A stretch of DNA of 55,165 bases from a virus. Lineage: Duplodnaviria > Caudoviricetes. Within the stretch, counting starts at the first letter, position 1. Every line of letters begins with the position of its first letter. Shown here in pieces: positions 1 through 9,185 of the stretch. The position numbers were made by a program, and so were the translations under genes. Location of the stretch: positions 1-55,165 of the IMG/VR virus record IMGVR_UViG_3300033144_001879. The stretch is one strand, 5' to 3'. Below the pieces are notes generated by a model. It was not told the DNA's origin and did no database searches. It was given only the letters and a program-made list of their open reading frames with translations.

Positions 1-114
1 ATCGCCGGCTCGGTGGATTGTCCGGCGGGAAACTGATCATTCTCGCGGCGCGTCCGTCACTCGGAAAAACATCGCTCGCGCTTCAGGCAGCACAAGCGGC
101 GGCGGCGGTCGGTT
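1..114. repeat. Terminal direct repeat (left copy); probably a circular assembly overlap
   Basis: 1..114 is identical to 55052..55165 and lies inside a continuous helicase reading frame. Confidence 0.95.
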
Positions 115-764
115 ATGGCGTCGGGATCATGTCGCTCGAAATGGGAGCGAGCGAGATCGCGGTTCGTGCGTTCGCTCACCAGTACGGCGTGAACAACACG
201 GCGTTAGCCGCCGGCGACCGAAAGACCGTCGCGGCTCTTACGCGGAAGATCTCGGACGACCGGGAGAAAATGGAAAAGGTGAAGTCGCTCTCGATCCATA
301 TTGACGAAGACACGTTCTCGCTTTCTGGGATCGTTGGGCGAATCACGGAATGGTCGCGGAAGCATAATATTCAACTCGTCATCGTCGATCACTTACAGTT
401 GATCGAAGTCGAGAAAGGACTCAATCGGAACGACGGTCTCGGCGAGATTACCCGAGCCCTGAAGATCCTCGCGAAGCGTCTTGATATTCCGGTGATGCTT
501 CTTTGCCAGTTGAACCGAAGCGTTGAGCGCGAACAACGAAAGCCGCGACTCTCGGATCTCCGCGACTCTGGAAACATCGAACAAGATGCGGACATCGTCA
601 TGACGCTTCACGGTCCGCTCGAAACGAACGACAACGGAACGCGCGAAGTTGAGATCGGGTTTCTCAAGTTTCGCGGTGGGCTCGTTGGTTGGGCCGGAAC
701 CGTGATGTTCAACGGACCGACGCAAACGTTTCACCGAATGGAATTCCGCTATGCCACTCCGTGA
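1..764 (+). CDS. dnaB: DnaB-like replicative helicase, C-terminal part (gene starts at 54526 and crosses the junction; about 429 aa in total)
   Basis: Walker A AARPSLGKTS, SLEM, VIVDHLQLI, LCQLNR, PRLSDLRDSGNIEQDADIV, KFRGG. Confidence 0.95.
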   Translation, partial: RRLGGLSGGKLIILAARPSLGKTSLALQAAQAAAAVGYGVGIMSLEMGASEIAVRAFAHQYGVNNTALAAGDRKTVAALTRKISDDREKMEKVKSLSIHIDEDTFSLSGIVGRITEWSRKHNIQLVIVDHLQLIEVEKGLNRNDGLGEITRALKILAKRLDIPVMLLCQLNRSVEREQRKPRLSDLRDSGNIEQDADIVMTLHGPLETNDNGTREVEIGFLKFRGGLVGWAGTVMFNGPTQTFHRMEFRYATP

Positions 765-963
765 CGTAATGGAATCGACGGAGATCGCGAAAGCCGAGAC
801 CGTCAAGCAAGAGCGATCGCGAGACGAAGAACGCGCGAGAGTCCGCGCGAAACTGTCGGAGCGCGACCGCAATTTTATTGATAAGATCTTGAGCGCGTTT
901 CCGGGCGCTCGGCTTGTCGCAATCCGTTTCGAAGACGGCGAACAATTGGGAGTAATGAGTTGA
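751..963 (+). CDS. Hypothetical protein
   Basis: ORF overlapping the dnaB stop, in a tightly packed operon. Confidence 0.6.
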   Translation: MPLRDVMESTEIAKAETVKQERSRDEERARVRAKLSERDRNFIDKILSAFPGARLVAIRFEDGEQLGVMS

Positions 964-1187
964 ACGCAATTGAATTTCGAAAGTACAAATATCGGTTGAT
1001 GATGTTGGCCGCGCATAACGCGCTTCAGGCTCCGCAAATTACGGAGATCAAAGTCGCGTCGAAAGATCTCCGCGAAATACTGAAGCATTATTCGGACGAT
1101 CCCGCGTTTCAAAAAGATGCGGCCGGGAATTTGCTCGTTCTTCCGCATTCGACTTCGGAGCATGGTTGCCGGTTGGTTGCGGCATGA
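960..1187 (+). CDS. Hypothetical protein
   Basis: TTG start overlapping the upstream stop, GGGAG RBS. Confidence 0.6.
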   Translation: MNAIEFRKYKYRLMMLAAHNALQAPQITEIKVASKDLREILKHYSDDPAFQKDAAGNLLVLPHSTSEHGCRLVAA

Positions 1188-1387
1188 ACAAGAAATATAT
1201 TTCCGTCGACGCAATCGAAGACGTCGTGATCGAGTCGCCCGAGTTAACGTGTCGATCGTGTCGACATTCGGGTTCGTATATGTCGGAAGAAGACGGTCTC
1301 GTCGACTTGTTTTGCCAGAAAGATGCGACGCCGCATCCGACGGTTTGCGGTTCGTTTGAATCCGAGAACGCGAACGATGCCGATTAG
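1184..1387 (+). CDS. Small Cys-rich hypothetical protein
   Basis: ATGA overlap; CxxCxH...C...C pattern. Confidence 0.6.
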   Translation: MNKKYISVDAIEDVVIESPELTCRSCRHSGSYMSEEDGLVDLFCQKDATPHPTVCGSFESENANDAD

Positions 1388-1778
1388 AAAGAGCCTTTCG
1401 TCACTGTACGAAGCGAAGGCCGCAATGCGTCGAGCAATTCTCGGCGCGGCAACTTACGACGGACCGGAAGCGCAACTCTTTGTCGCGATCATTGAGCAAG
1501 CCGTCTTCGACGCGCATCTTCAATCGACCGCCGGCGTTGCGAGCGCGACGAAGGTTGTCAAAGATGCTCGCGGATATTTCACGACCGACGGCTTTCAGTT
1601 TATTTGCGAACTTCTCGGCGTTGATCCCGATTGGGTTCGCAACATGACGAGCGCGATCGGTAGCGTTGCGCGCGATCGTCGTGGCGACGAATACGATCTC
1701 GCCATCGTTCCGCGAATAAGACGCCGGCGGCGAGCGGTTCACAGTAGAAGGGACAAGGGAAACTTTTTCAATGAGTAA
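1377..1778 (+). CDS. Phage hypothetical protein
   Basis: LFVAIIEQAVFDA...FQFICELLGVDPDWVR resembles a common phage family; overlaps both neighbours. Confidence 0.7.
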   Translation: MPIRKSLSSLYEAKAAMRRAILGAATYDGPEAQLFVAIIEQAVFDAHLQSTAGVASATKVVKDARGYFTTDGFQFICELLGVDPDWVRNMTSAIGSVARDRRGDEYDLAIVPRIRRRRRAVHSRRDKGNFFNE

Positions 1779-2463
1779 CGAAAACGAACAAAGCGCTTTG
1801 ATCGTCACGCGACGACCGGCGAAAGAATTAGTCGATGGAACGCTCCGCGTTCAAATCGATGTCGAACCAAACGATCGCCGACTCTTTCTCGACTTGTTTC
1901 CCGACGTCGGGGATCCGATGGCGGTCGCAAAACTTTCGGACGAAGTCGTTCGAGCCCACCAACAAAAAACGGCATTCGCGGATCCGCCGAAGAAGAAGTC
2001 GAAGGGCGACCACGGACAGTTCGCGAAGTGGCTTGTTCAAGTTGGGTTCTTTCGTCGGGTTGAGGTCTGGAAAATGGCCGGACGCGACTCTGATTATCTC
2101 GAATGGTTGAAGTCGCAAAAGTGTTGCGTCGTCGCCGGCAAGAAACACGAAGGCGACATCGTGCCGGCGCACGTTCGACGAATTGCGAGCGGGGCGGGAA
2201 CGGGAATCAAGCCGGAGTATTCGGCGGTTCCGATGTGCGACTTTCACCACAAATTGCAACACTCGAAAGGCGAGTCGGGGATCGGCGGAAAAGAATTCAT
2301 TGATCGGCAACGAGTGAAGCATCTTGAGCGATGGTCTCGTGAGCGCATTCGCGAACGAATGGGATTCGCGTCATGGTCGGAGATCTCACCCGCCGCGCTT
2401 TTGGTTCATGTCGGTGACGGATTTATTTTGAACATCCCACAGGAGTACCTTTCTCATGGTTGA
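1771..2463 (+). CDS. DUF968-like / HNH-type putative nuclease
   Basis: YLEWLKSQKCCVV...AHVRR...GTGIKP...AVPMCDFHHKLQH. Confidence 0.75.
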   Translation: MSNENEQSALIVTRRPAKELVDGTLRVQIDVEPNDRRLFLDLFPDVGDPMAVAKLSDEVVRAHQQKTAFADPPKKKSKGDHGQFAKWLVQVGFFRRVEVWKMAGRDSDYLEWLKSQKCCVVAGKKHEGDIVPAHVRRIASGAGTGIKPEYSAVPMCDFHHKLQHSKGESGIGGKEFIDRQRVKHLERWSRERIRERMGFASWSEISPAALLVHVGDGFILNIPQEYLSHG

Positions 2464-2644
2464 TATTTTCTTTTTTCTGTTAGCACTTCTCGGCTCGATT
2501 GTGGTGGTTTTTTGGATCGGCATTGCGTCCGTTTTGTGTCTCATCGGTTGGGGTATCGCCCGAATGGTGATGCGCGAAGTCGAAGACAAATATCTCGACC
2601 GGAAACTTTGGCCGAAAGATCCGAGAGCCGGCGACGATGGGTAA
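2456..2644 (+). CDS. Small membrane protein
   Basis: Long hydrophobic N-terminus; GGAG RBS. Confidence 0.6.
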   Translation: MVDIFFFLLALLGSIVVVFWIGIASVLCLIGWGIARMVMREVEDKYLDRKLWPKDPRAGDDG

Positions 2645-2966
2645 AGCGTCACGAGCAAAAGGCCAACGCGGAGAACGTGAGTTCGCCGCGATCATGGCGG
2701 ACTGGCTCGGGCATCGTGTCGTCCGACGACTCGGACAAGAGCGCGACGAAGGTCACGACTTGAACGGGATCGAAGGCTTCGCCGTCGAGGTTAAGCGTTG
2801 CGAAGAACTGCGCATCAACTCATGGTGGCGACAAACGAAGAAGAGCGCGGCAACGATCGGCCAACGACCGGCGCTTGCATATCGACGCTCTCACGAACCG
2901 TGGCGAGTCATGGTCGAGTTGAGCGCCGAAGAGTTTGCGACGGTCATTCGGGAATCGATGAAATGA
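2637..2966 (+). CDS. Holliday junction resolvase-like PD-(D/E)XK nuclease (Hjc-like)
   Basis: SRAKGQRGERE...DL...AVEVKR...WWRQ...PALAYRR...W. Confidence 0.85.
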   Translation: MGKASRAKGQRGEREFAAIMADWLGHRVVRRLGQERDEGHDLNGIEGFAVEVKRCEELRINSWWRQTKKSAATIGQRPALAYRRSHEPWRVMVELSAEEFATVIRESMK

Positions 2967-3793
2967 CGGACTGGAATCACAACGCTTTGTTGCGAGATCT
3001 CGCGGAGCATTTCGAGCGGCAAGGTCGGATTGTTTTTCGCGATCAGTTGATCGGGCCGGCGGGATCTCCGCGACCGGACGTTCTCACGATCAACAAAACT
3101 TACAACCGATGGAACCCGGCCGCATACGAAGTGAAGACGCATCGCTCCGATTTTCTTTCCGATGTGACGTCGGGGAAATGGGCGCAATATTACGACGCCG
3201 CCGCGTCGGTCACGTTCGCGGTTCCGAAAGGATTGATCAACAAAGCCGAACTTCCGAAAAAGGCCGGCTTGATTGTTCGGTCCGAGAACGGTTGGCGACA
3301 CTCGAAGAAACCGACGATCGATCACGTCGATAACTTCGATCGCTTCTTGTGGCTCGCGCTGTTATTTAAGCTCAGTAACCGCAACTCGAAGCCGGAGCCG
3401 AGAGCGTCATCATTTAGTCGCGCATCACGAGAGCGACACGAACTCGGAGAACGGATTGCGAAGTATTTGTACGACAGCACAACGGCCGAACGCGCCGTCG
3501 TTGAGGCTCGCAAGCACGTCGAAACAATTATGTCGTTAGCGAAAAGCGATGCGGAGAAGATCGTTAATAAAGCGATCGAAGAGAATCCGCTCGTTCTCAG
3601 TATTCTGCAAAAGACGCTCGCCGATCATGGAATCGGCGGAGCGCTCTCGTCGTGGCATTCGGTCGAGAAGCGAACAAAGGAACTTATCGAAAGATTGGAA
3701 AGCGCGTATTCGGAGAGCGAGTCGATCGCGGTAGCGCGTGAAGAGATCACGAAGGCGGCGAGCGCCGTCGGCTTAACTGTAACGGGAGAATAA
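2963..3793 (+). CDS. MmcB-like PD-(D/E)XK protein with helical C-terminal extension
   Basis: RPDVL...YEVKTHRSDFLSD...KWAQY...FAVPKGLI..ELP..AGLI; ATG 2963 overlaps the upstream stop. Confidence 0.8.
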   Translation: MTDWNHNALLRDLAEHFERQGRIVFRDQLIGPAGSPRPDVLTINKTYNRWNPAAYEVKTHRSDFLSDVTSGKWAQYYDAAASVTFAVPKGLINKAELPKKAGLIVRSENGWRHSKKPTIDHVDNFDRFLWLALLFKLSNRNSKPEPRASSFSRASRERHELGERIAKYLYDSTTAERAVVEARKHVETIMSLAKSDAEKIVNKAIEENPLVLSILQKTLADHGIGGALSSWHSVEKRTKELIERLESAYSESESIAVAREEITKAASAVGLTVTGE

Positions 3794-3798
3794 AACTC

Positions 3799-3978
3799 AT
3801 GGCAAAGAAAGAAAGATTTGTGTCGGTTGAGCGAACGAAGCTCGATGCGCTCGTCTCCGAAAACATTCGACTCCGAAAAGACGTCAACAAGATATGGCAT
3901 AAAGCGCCGCATTGGTTAATCGTAATAACGGCGGTCTCGGCTTTCTTTGGTGCGCTTATCGGGACGTTGCCGGTATGA
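3799..3978 (+). CDS. Small protein with C-terminal TM helix (59 aa; not in ORF track)
   Basis: MAKKERF...WLIVITAVSAFFGALIGTLPV; GGAG RBS; fills the gap. Confidence 0.6.
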   Translation: MAKKERFVSVERTKLDALVSENIRLRKDVNKIWHKAPHWLIVITAVSAFFGALIGTLPV

Positions 3979-4457
3979 ATACCGAAGAAGAGAGACTCGA
4001 ATTTCGAATCGCCTTTCTCGAAATTATGGCGACCGCATCCGGCCGAGCGGACGTGACGAAGAAAGCGCTTCACAATTGCGCGACGACTTTGCGAGAGCAA
4101 GGCGAACGGATCAAGGAACTCGAAGAGTCGTACAACAAAAACGAGATTTGGTGGCAAAATCTTTATGCCAAAAAGATCGGGGAGATCTTGGATCTCGAAG
4201 CCGACAATGCGCTTTTGAAAGTTGCCGCAAGGCGCGCCGATAATATCGAGGAACATCGGGACGAGTTGCTTCAACGCATCGAGGAACTCGAAAAGTTCGA
4301 GCGTGTCGTGCAATGTCCGAAGCGCGCGGAAGTTCTCAAGAAGATGACCGCCGTCATCGAGGCCGCAAAGACGTTCGTCGCAAACGAAGAAGAAATTTAC
4401 AATGTCGGGTATTACGGCGCTCTTGAGAAAGCGATCAAGGATCTCGAAGCAAAATGA
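3975..4457 (+). CDS. Coiled-coil hypothetical protein
   Basis: ATGA overlap; repeated RIxELE heptads. Confidence 0.7.
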   Translation: MNTEEERLEFRIAFLEIMATASGRADVTKKALHNCATTLREQGERIKELEESYNKNEIWWQNLYAKKIGEILDLEADNALLKVAARRADNIEEHRDELLQRIEELEKFERVVQCPKRAEVLKKMTAVIEAAKTFVANEEEIYNVGYYGALEKAIKDLEAK

Positions 4458-4651
4458 AACGCCGCTTCGTCGTGTATCGAGACGGCTTTCGCTATTGGGC
4501 GACGAAGTCTCGACTTCACGACGGGCGCATTCGCTTCACGTTCTGGTCGTCTCACGATTGGCCGTTTTATCATGGACATTACACGCCGGATCGAGTAAGT
4601 TCGGGCGACGTCTGGAATCACTTTCTACGATGGATACCAAAAGGAACATGA
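4454..4651 (+). CDS. Hypothetical protein
   Basis: ATGA overlap. Confidence 0.55.
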   Translation: MKRRFVVYRDGFRYWATKSRLHDGRIRFTFWSSHDWPFYHGHYTPDRVSSGDVWNHFLRWIPKGT

Positions 4652-4654
4652 CTG

Positions 4655-5056
4655 ATGAATGACTATCTCCCGTTAAATACAATTATCGACTTGACGTCGC
4701 CGGCGTTGCTCTTCGCGTTCCCGGTTGCCGTCTTGTGCTTCGCGCTTTTCGTGTCGATCTCGTCGGACATTGGGAGAGACATTCTTCCGAAGTATCCGAT
4801 TGTTGGACTCGTCGCGACAATGGTCCTGATCATGAGCTTCGGATATATGTGCATCGCGCCGTATACGGTCGACCCGAACCCGACAATGCGAGCCCGGATT
4901 GAGACCGGGATCTTTGACGGCGACGCTTTGACTTATCGATACGAAATCAGCGATCGCCTTTCGTTGGTCGCTTACCATTCGCCGGCGTGGTCGACTCACG
5001 GTTCGTGGAACGCCGGTCAAGATGCGGTCGCAATCGAATGGACGTTCGCCGAATGA
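4655..5056 (+). CDS. Membrane protein (two TM segments plus a beta-rich tail)
   Basis: Two hydrophobic segments; AAGGA RBS. Confidence 0.6.
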   Translation: MNDYLPLNTIIDLTSPALLFAFPVAVLCFALFVSISSDIGRDILPKYPIVGLVATMVLIMSFGYMCIAPYTVDPNPTMRARIETGIFDGDALTYRYEISDRLSLVAYHSPAWSTHGSWNAGQDAVAIEWTFAE

Positions 5057-5220
5057 ACGGAAGACCCGGAATCAAGAAAGTGCGAGAAGCGGAATTGCGA
5101 GAGTCCGTGATTCGTTTACGCGAGCGTGGATTCACTTATTCGGAGATCGCGGCTCAACTCGGGATCACGCGCAATCAAGCGAGTTCGAAAGCTCGCTCGG
5201 CTCGGGGCGGCAATAAGTGA
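5053..5220 (+). CDS. Small HTH DNA-binding protein
   Basis: LRERGFTYSEIAAQLGITRNQA. Confidence 0.75.
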   Translation: MNGRPGIKKVREAELRESVIRLRERGFTYSEIAAQLGITRNQASSKARSARGGNK

Positions 5221-5245
5221 CGGCGTTCGCTGTTATCCTTTCCGA

Positions 5246-5464
5246 ATGGATTCGGAGAACACGACAAGGCGATGCGTCGCAAACGGGTGCGAGAGCAAGA
5301 CGGACAAGGTATTTTGCGCCGCTTGTTTTTGGCAACTCTCGAAAGAGATCCGATCGAAGCTTCAGGTCGGCGCGACAAAGACGCGAAGACACCCGGACGA
5401 CCGGAAGGCCGCGACGAAATACGCGCTCGTGGTTTCCGATGCCTGTCAGGAATTGAACGGATGA
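5246..5464 (+). CDS. Cys-rich hypothetical protein
   Basis: CVANGC...FCAACFWQLSKEIR; start uncertain. Confidence 0.55.
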   Translation: MDSENTTRRCVANGCESKTDKVFCAACFWQLSKEIRSKLQVGATKTRRHPDDRKAATKYALVVSDACQELNG

Positions 5465-5567
5465 TTTATTTTCGGACCTATGCTCGCTCGATTGGTTGTG
5501 TCGTTGATCGACTCGGCGATCGCGACGTCTGGAATTATATTCGTGTCTATCAGGGAAGGCGGCGAAT

Positions 5568-5735
5568 ATGATCGTTCGAGAACTACGAGCGATCCTGAAA
5601 GTGGCCGATCCGAATGCGGTCGTAATGATCGTAATTGACGGCGACGCCGAGCTTCTCGCCGAGGTTGAACGCGCTCCGCCGGGATCCCAACAAGACGAAC
5701 CGATGATCTTGCTTCGAAGCGAGCCCGGAGAGTGA
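5568..5735 (+). CDS. Small hypothetical protein (55 aa)
   Basis: MIVRELRAILKVADPNAVV...; overlapping start/stop. Confidence 0.55.
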   Translation: MIVRELRAILKVADPNAVVMIVIDGDAELLAEVERAPPGSQQDEPMILLRSEPGE

Positions 5736-5890
5736 GTCCGATCTCGCGCCTATGGTGTGCGATGTTCCATGCGAATCACTATCGCAAGTTCCGCACGTTT
5801 CCGGCGGCCGTTACTTTGAGATCTTGCGATCGTCGTTACGATATGCGGTGCGAGAAGTGTCACCGGATTATCAAGGATCGCGGAAAGTGA
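5732..5890 (+). CDS. Small Cys/His hypothetical protein (52 aa)
   Basis: GTGA overlaps at both ends; LWCAMFH...RCEKC. Confidence 0.5.
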   Translation: MSPISRLWCAMFHANHYRKFRTFPAAVTLRSCDRRYDMRCEKCHRIIKDRGK

Positions 5891-6078
5891 TCGGAGTTTG
5901 CGGCGACTTACCGCCGCCCGAGTATCATCTTACCCCGACGGACGATCTTCGCGATCACGAGCTTTCGCCCGAGTGTTGGTGTCATCCCACGGAAGACGAA
6001 GAGGATCCGCGTTGTTGGATTCACAACGCAATGGACGGGCGCGAAGCGTTCGAGACCGGGGAGCGCAAGCCGTCATGA
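5887..6078 (+). CDS. Small His/Cys phage protein
   Basis: HLTPTDDLRDH...CWCHP...IHNAMDGRE. Confidence 0.65.
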   Translation: MIGVCGDLPPPEYHLTPTDDLRDHELSPECWCHPTEDEEDPRCWIHNAMDGREAFETGERKPS

Positions 6079-6242
6079 AGAAATATCGTTTTTCCGCTTC
6101 TGAAATGGCGGCTCAATCCGTCCAGTGGCGGACAAGTTGGCAAAGGCATGGCTCCGGCCGCGAGCCGGTATCTCATGAAATAGGCCGAGGCAGTATCGCC
6201 CGAACGCCGCGACCGGAACAGCAACTAAGGTTTACAAAATGA
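6075..6242 (+). CDS. Hypothetical protein
   Basis: ATGA overlaps at both ends. Confidence 0.45.
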   Translation: MKKYRFSASEMAAQSVQWRTSWQRHGSGREPVSHEIGRGSIARTPRPEQQLRFTK

Positions 6243-6646
6243 ACACCAAAGCAATGCACGAGAAGCTCGAAGAGATTTTCAATTGCGCGCTCGATCACGT
6301 TCACGCCGATATGCTTCACCGGGCGATCGACGATCAAGACACGACGATCGAACTTTTACGGCAAGCGGTTGCCACTCAAACCGCAAGAGTCGAGACGCTC
6401 GAACAAATAAAGAGTTCGCTCGGGCGAGCGCTTGACGCATACAAGTCTCAAGCTCGCGTCGTTGAGTTTTACGATGGTCCGTCCTATCCATTGACGGACG
6501 ATTCGAAGCGCAAGCCGTTCGAATTTCTTCTTCAGGTGTTGGGCTATGCCCGAACAATCGTCGCCGCGTTTCTCGGCTTCGCATTGGTCGCAACGGTATG
6601 GATCTCGCTTGATCAACTCGTCTCGATAATCGTGCAAATGCTATGA
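6239..6646 (+). CDS. Coiled-coil protein with C-terminal TM segment
   Basis: ORF packing; hydrophobic C-terminus. Confidence 0.65.
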   Translation: MNTKAMHEKLEEIFNCALDHVHADMLHRAIDDQDTTIELLRQAVATQTARVETLEQIKSSLGRALDAYKSQARVVEFYDGPSYPLTDDSKRKPFEFLLQVLGYARTIVAAFLGFALVATVWISLDQLVSIIVQML

Positions 6647-6945
6647 AGGTCTTCTTCTTTATTCTAATTCTCGCGTTTGTTCAGAATGTTTCGTTTACTA
6701 TGGTGAGTAGATCTCGCAATCGAGACAAGGCCGGATACCATGCAATTTGCTCGGTCTTCTCGAACGGCATATGGTTTTTGACAATGCGTCAACTCGTGGT
6801 TGCCGACTTGTCTTACTGGCTACTCTTGCCATACGTAGTTGGAACCGTTTGCGGATCCCTGTTCGGCGCAAAGGTCTCAATGCGCATCGAGAAAGCGATC
6901 GGAGCCCGAGCGGATAGTCCGCCGGATTCGGTCAAAACGCATTGA
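6643..6945 (+). CDS. Three-TM membrane protein (DUF5698/DUF2179-like)
   Basis: Three hydrophobic helices; YVVGTVCGSLFG motif. Confidence 0.65.
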   Translation: MKVFFFILILAFVQNVSFTMVSRSRNRDKAGYHAICSVFSNGIWFLTMRQLVVADLSYWLLLPYVVGTVCGSLFGAKVSMRIEKAIGARADSPPDSVKTH

Positions 6946-7002
6946 GCGGCGAACGCTACCCGAGGTAAACGTCGTCGCTGATTCTCAGGGAGAACCAGAA
7001 AG

Positions 7003-7689
7003 ATGACGAAGAAGAAGAGTCCGGCAAAGCGCAAAGTCCGAAGTGCGCCGAAAGCGAAGCCGAAGAAGAAACGGGTCACGAAGCGAACGGCAAAAGCCGC
7101 CGTGAAGAAAGTCGCGAAGAAGCGCGCGGTTCGTGTCGAGCGTCCGTCGAAGAAGACGAAGAAGAAAGCCGCGAAGAAGAAGACGAAGAAGAAAGGCGGC
7201 CGCCCGAGTAAGTTCAAACCCGAGTTTCAAGAGCAAGCGAAGCAACTCGCCGAGCTTGGCGCGACCGATGCGCAAATGGCGAAGTTCTTCGGCGTTACCG
7301 AGACAACGCTCAACAACTGGAAGAAATCTCACGCGAAGTTTTTTGAGTCCCTAAAGCTTGGGAAAGCGGTCGCCGACGATCGGGTCGAGAAGTCACTCTT
7401 TCAGCGCGCGAACGGTTACGAACACGAAGAAGAGAAGATCCATTTCGATCGGTGGGGCGACGTTTGTCGAGCGAACACGATCAAGCACTATCCGCCGGAC
7501 ACGACCGCGTGTATTTTCTGGCTCAAGAATCGCCGGCCGGATGACTGGCGCGACAAGGTCGAAACTCAGCACACGGTCACACCGGGCGAAGGCGGCTTGA
7601 TCGTTCCGATCGGGATGGACGTCGAGGCATGGAATAAAGCGGCGGCGCGTCAACAAGCGATCATGAAGAGCGGGACCGGCGGCGAGTAG
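7003..7689 (+). CDS. terS: Terminase small subunit with histone-H1-like Lys-rich N-terminal extension
   Basis: GRPSKF, HTH GATDAQMAKFFGVTETTLNNWK, PPDTTACIFWLKNR..WRDK; immediately upstream of TerL. Confidence 0.88.
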   Translation: MTKKKSPAKRKVRSAPKAKPKKKRVTKRTAKAAVKKVAKKRAVRVERPSKKTKKKAAKKKTKKKGGRPSKFKPEFQEQAKQLAELGATDAQMAKFFGVTETTLNNWKKSHAKFFESLKLGKAVADDRVEKSLFQRANGYEHEEEKIHFDRWGDVCRANTIKHYPPDTTACIFWLKNRRPDDWRDKVETQHTVTPGEGGLIVPIGMDVEAWNKAAARQQAIMKSGTGGE

Positions 7690-7691
7690 AC

Positions 7692-9173
7692 GTGAACGGA
7701 CCGGCAATAGCCGCGACGACGGAGAGCCTTGTCGCACCATTGCCGGTTTCCGCCGGCGTCTGGACGGCTCTAGAGGGCTCTCAACGGCTCTTCTTGAATT
7801 GCCCGCATTTCGAAGTTTTGTACGAGGGAACTCGGGGGCCGGGAAAAACCGACTCGATGTTGATGTGCTTTGCGCAGCGCGTCGGGCTCGGTTACGGCGA
7901 CCGATGGCAAGGCGTGATCTTTCGGCGCGAGTACAAGGAACTCGACGATCTCGTCAAGAAGTCGAAGCGGTGGTTCTACGAAATATTCGGCAACGACGTT
8001 CGATGGCTTGCTTCGAAATCGGATTACAAATGGGTGTGGAAGACCGGCGAAGAACTCTCATTCCGAACCGGCAAAAACGAAGACGATTATTGGAATTATC
8101 ACGGACACGAGATCCCGTTTCTCGGTTTCGAAGAACTCACGAATTGGGCGTCGCCGGCCTTTTACTTGACGATGTTCTCCGTCTGTCGTTGCGGAGATCC
8201 GCGCGTTCCGTGCATGGTCCGAGCGTCGGCGAATCCGTGGGGTAAAGGTCACGGATGGGTGAAGCTTCGCTTCATTGATAACAGTCCGCCGGGGATTCCG
8301 TTTCTCGATCCCGACACGAACAAAACGCGCGTTCGGATCTTTGGCTCGATCTCCGAAAACCCGTATCTCACCGACGAATATTTGAACACGCTTCGGAGCG
8401 TCGAGGATCCGAACAAGCGGAAGGCATGGATCCTCGGCGACTGGAACATCTCGGCCGGCGGGATCCTCGAAGGCGCATACGACGAGACCACTCACGAGAT
8501 CGCGCCGTTCAAGATCCCGGCGTCGTGGCGCGTCGATCGTGCGTTCGATTGGGGATCCTCGAAACCGTATTCGGCGGGATGGTTTGCCGAGAGCGACGGC
8601 TCGCCGGCGACGATCACGAACGAAGATGGAACGGAAACGAAGAAGCACTTCCCGCGCGGGACCGTCTTTCATATCGCCGAGCTTTACGGGTACAACGGAA
8701 AACCCGATGTCGGCGTGAAGCATACGAACAAAGAAATTTGCGAGCGCGTGAAAGAAGTCGAAGCCGGCTTGTGTCCGCGCTTGTTGAAGAAAGGGACGAT
8801 GATTTACGACGGACCGGCCGATGCCTCGATCTTCGACGTGATAAACGGCGACAGTTACGCGGACGAAATGTCGCGGAACGGCGTGGTATGGTTGGCAAGT
8901 TACAAGGGCAAGGGATCACGCGTTCAAGGTTGGGACCGACTTCGCTCGATGTTGCTCGCCGCAAAACGCGGCAATCGAGAAGAGCCCGGATTCTATGTTT
9001 TCAACACTTGCCGAAATTGGATTCGAACCGTCCCGGTGTTACCGCGCGACGACAAGAACCCGGACGACGCGGATTCCGAAGCCGAAGATCATTGCGGAGA
9101 TATGACCCGCTATCGGTTGCTTCGTGAGAAACCGCAAGAGCCGCAATTGATCGAAATAGGTTGGACTACTTGA
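7692..9173 (+). CDS. terL: Terminase large subunit
   Basis: YEGTRGPGKT, LGFEELT (Walker B), ASANP, FDWGSSKP, ADASI, EDHCGDMTRY. Confidence 0.95.
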   Translation: MNGPAIAATTESLVAPLPVSAGVWTALEGSQRLFLNCPHFEVLYEGTRGPGKTDSMLMCFAQRVGLGYGDRWQGVIFRREYKELDDLVKKSKRWFYEIFGNDVRWLASKSDYKWVWKTGEELSFRTGKNEDDYWNYHGHEIPFLGFEELTNWASPAFYLTMFSVCRCGDPRVPCMVRASANPWGKGHGWVKLRFIDNSPPGIPFLDPDTNKTRVRIFGSISENPYLTDEYLNTLRSVEDPNKRKAWILGDWNISAGGILEGAYDETTHEIAPFKIPASWRVDRAFDWGSSKPYSAGWFAESDGSPATITNEDGTETKKHFPRGTVFHIAELYGYNGKPDVGVKHTNKEICERVKEVEAGLCPRLLKKGTMIYDGPADASIFDVINGDSYADEMSRNGVVWLASYKGKGSRVQGWDRLRSMLLAAKRGNREEPGFYVFNTCRNWIRTVPVLPRDDKNPDDADSEAEDHCGDMTRYRLLREKPQEPQLIEIGWTT

Positions 9174-9185
9174 GGGAATGAAATC

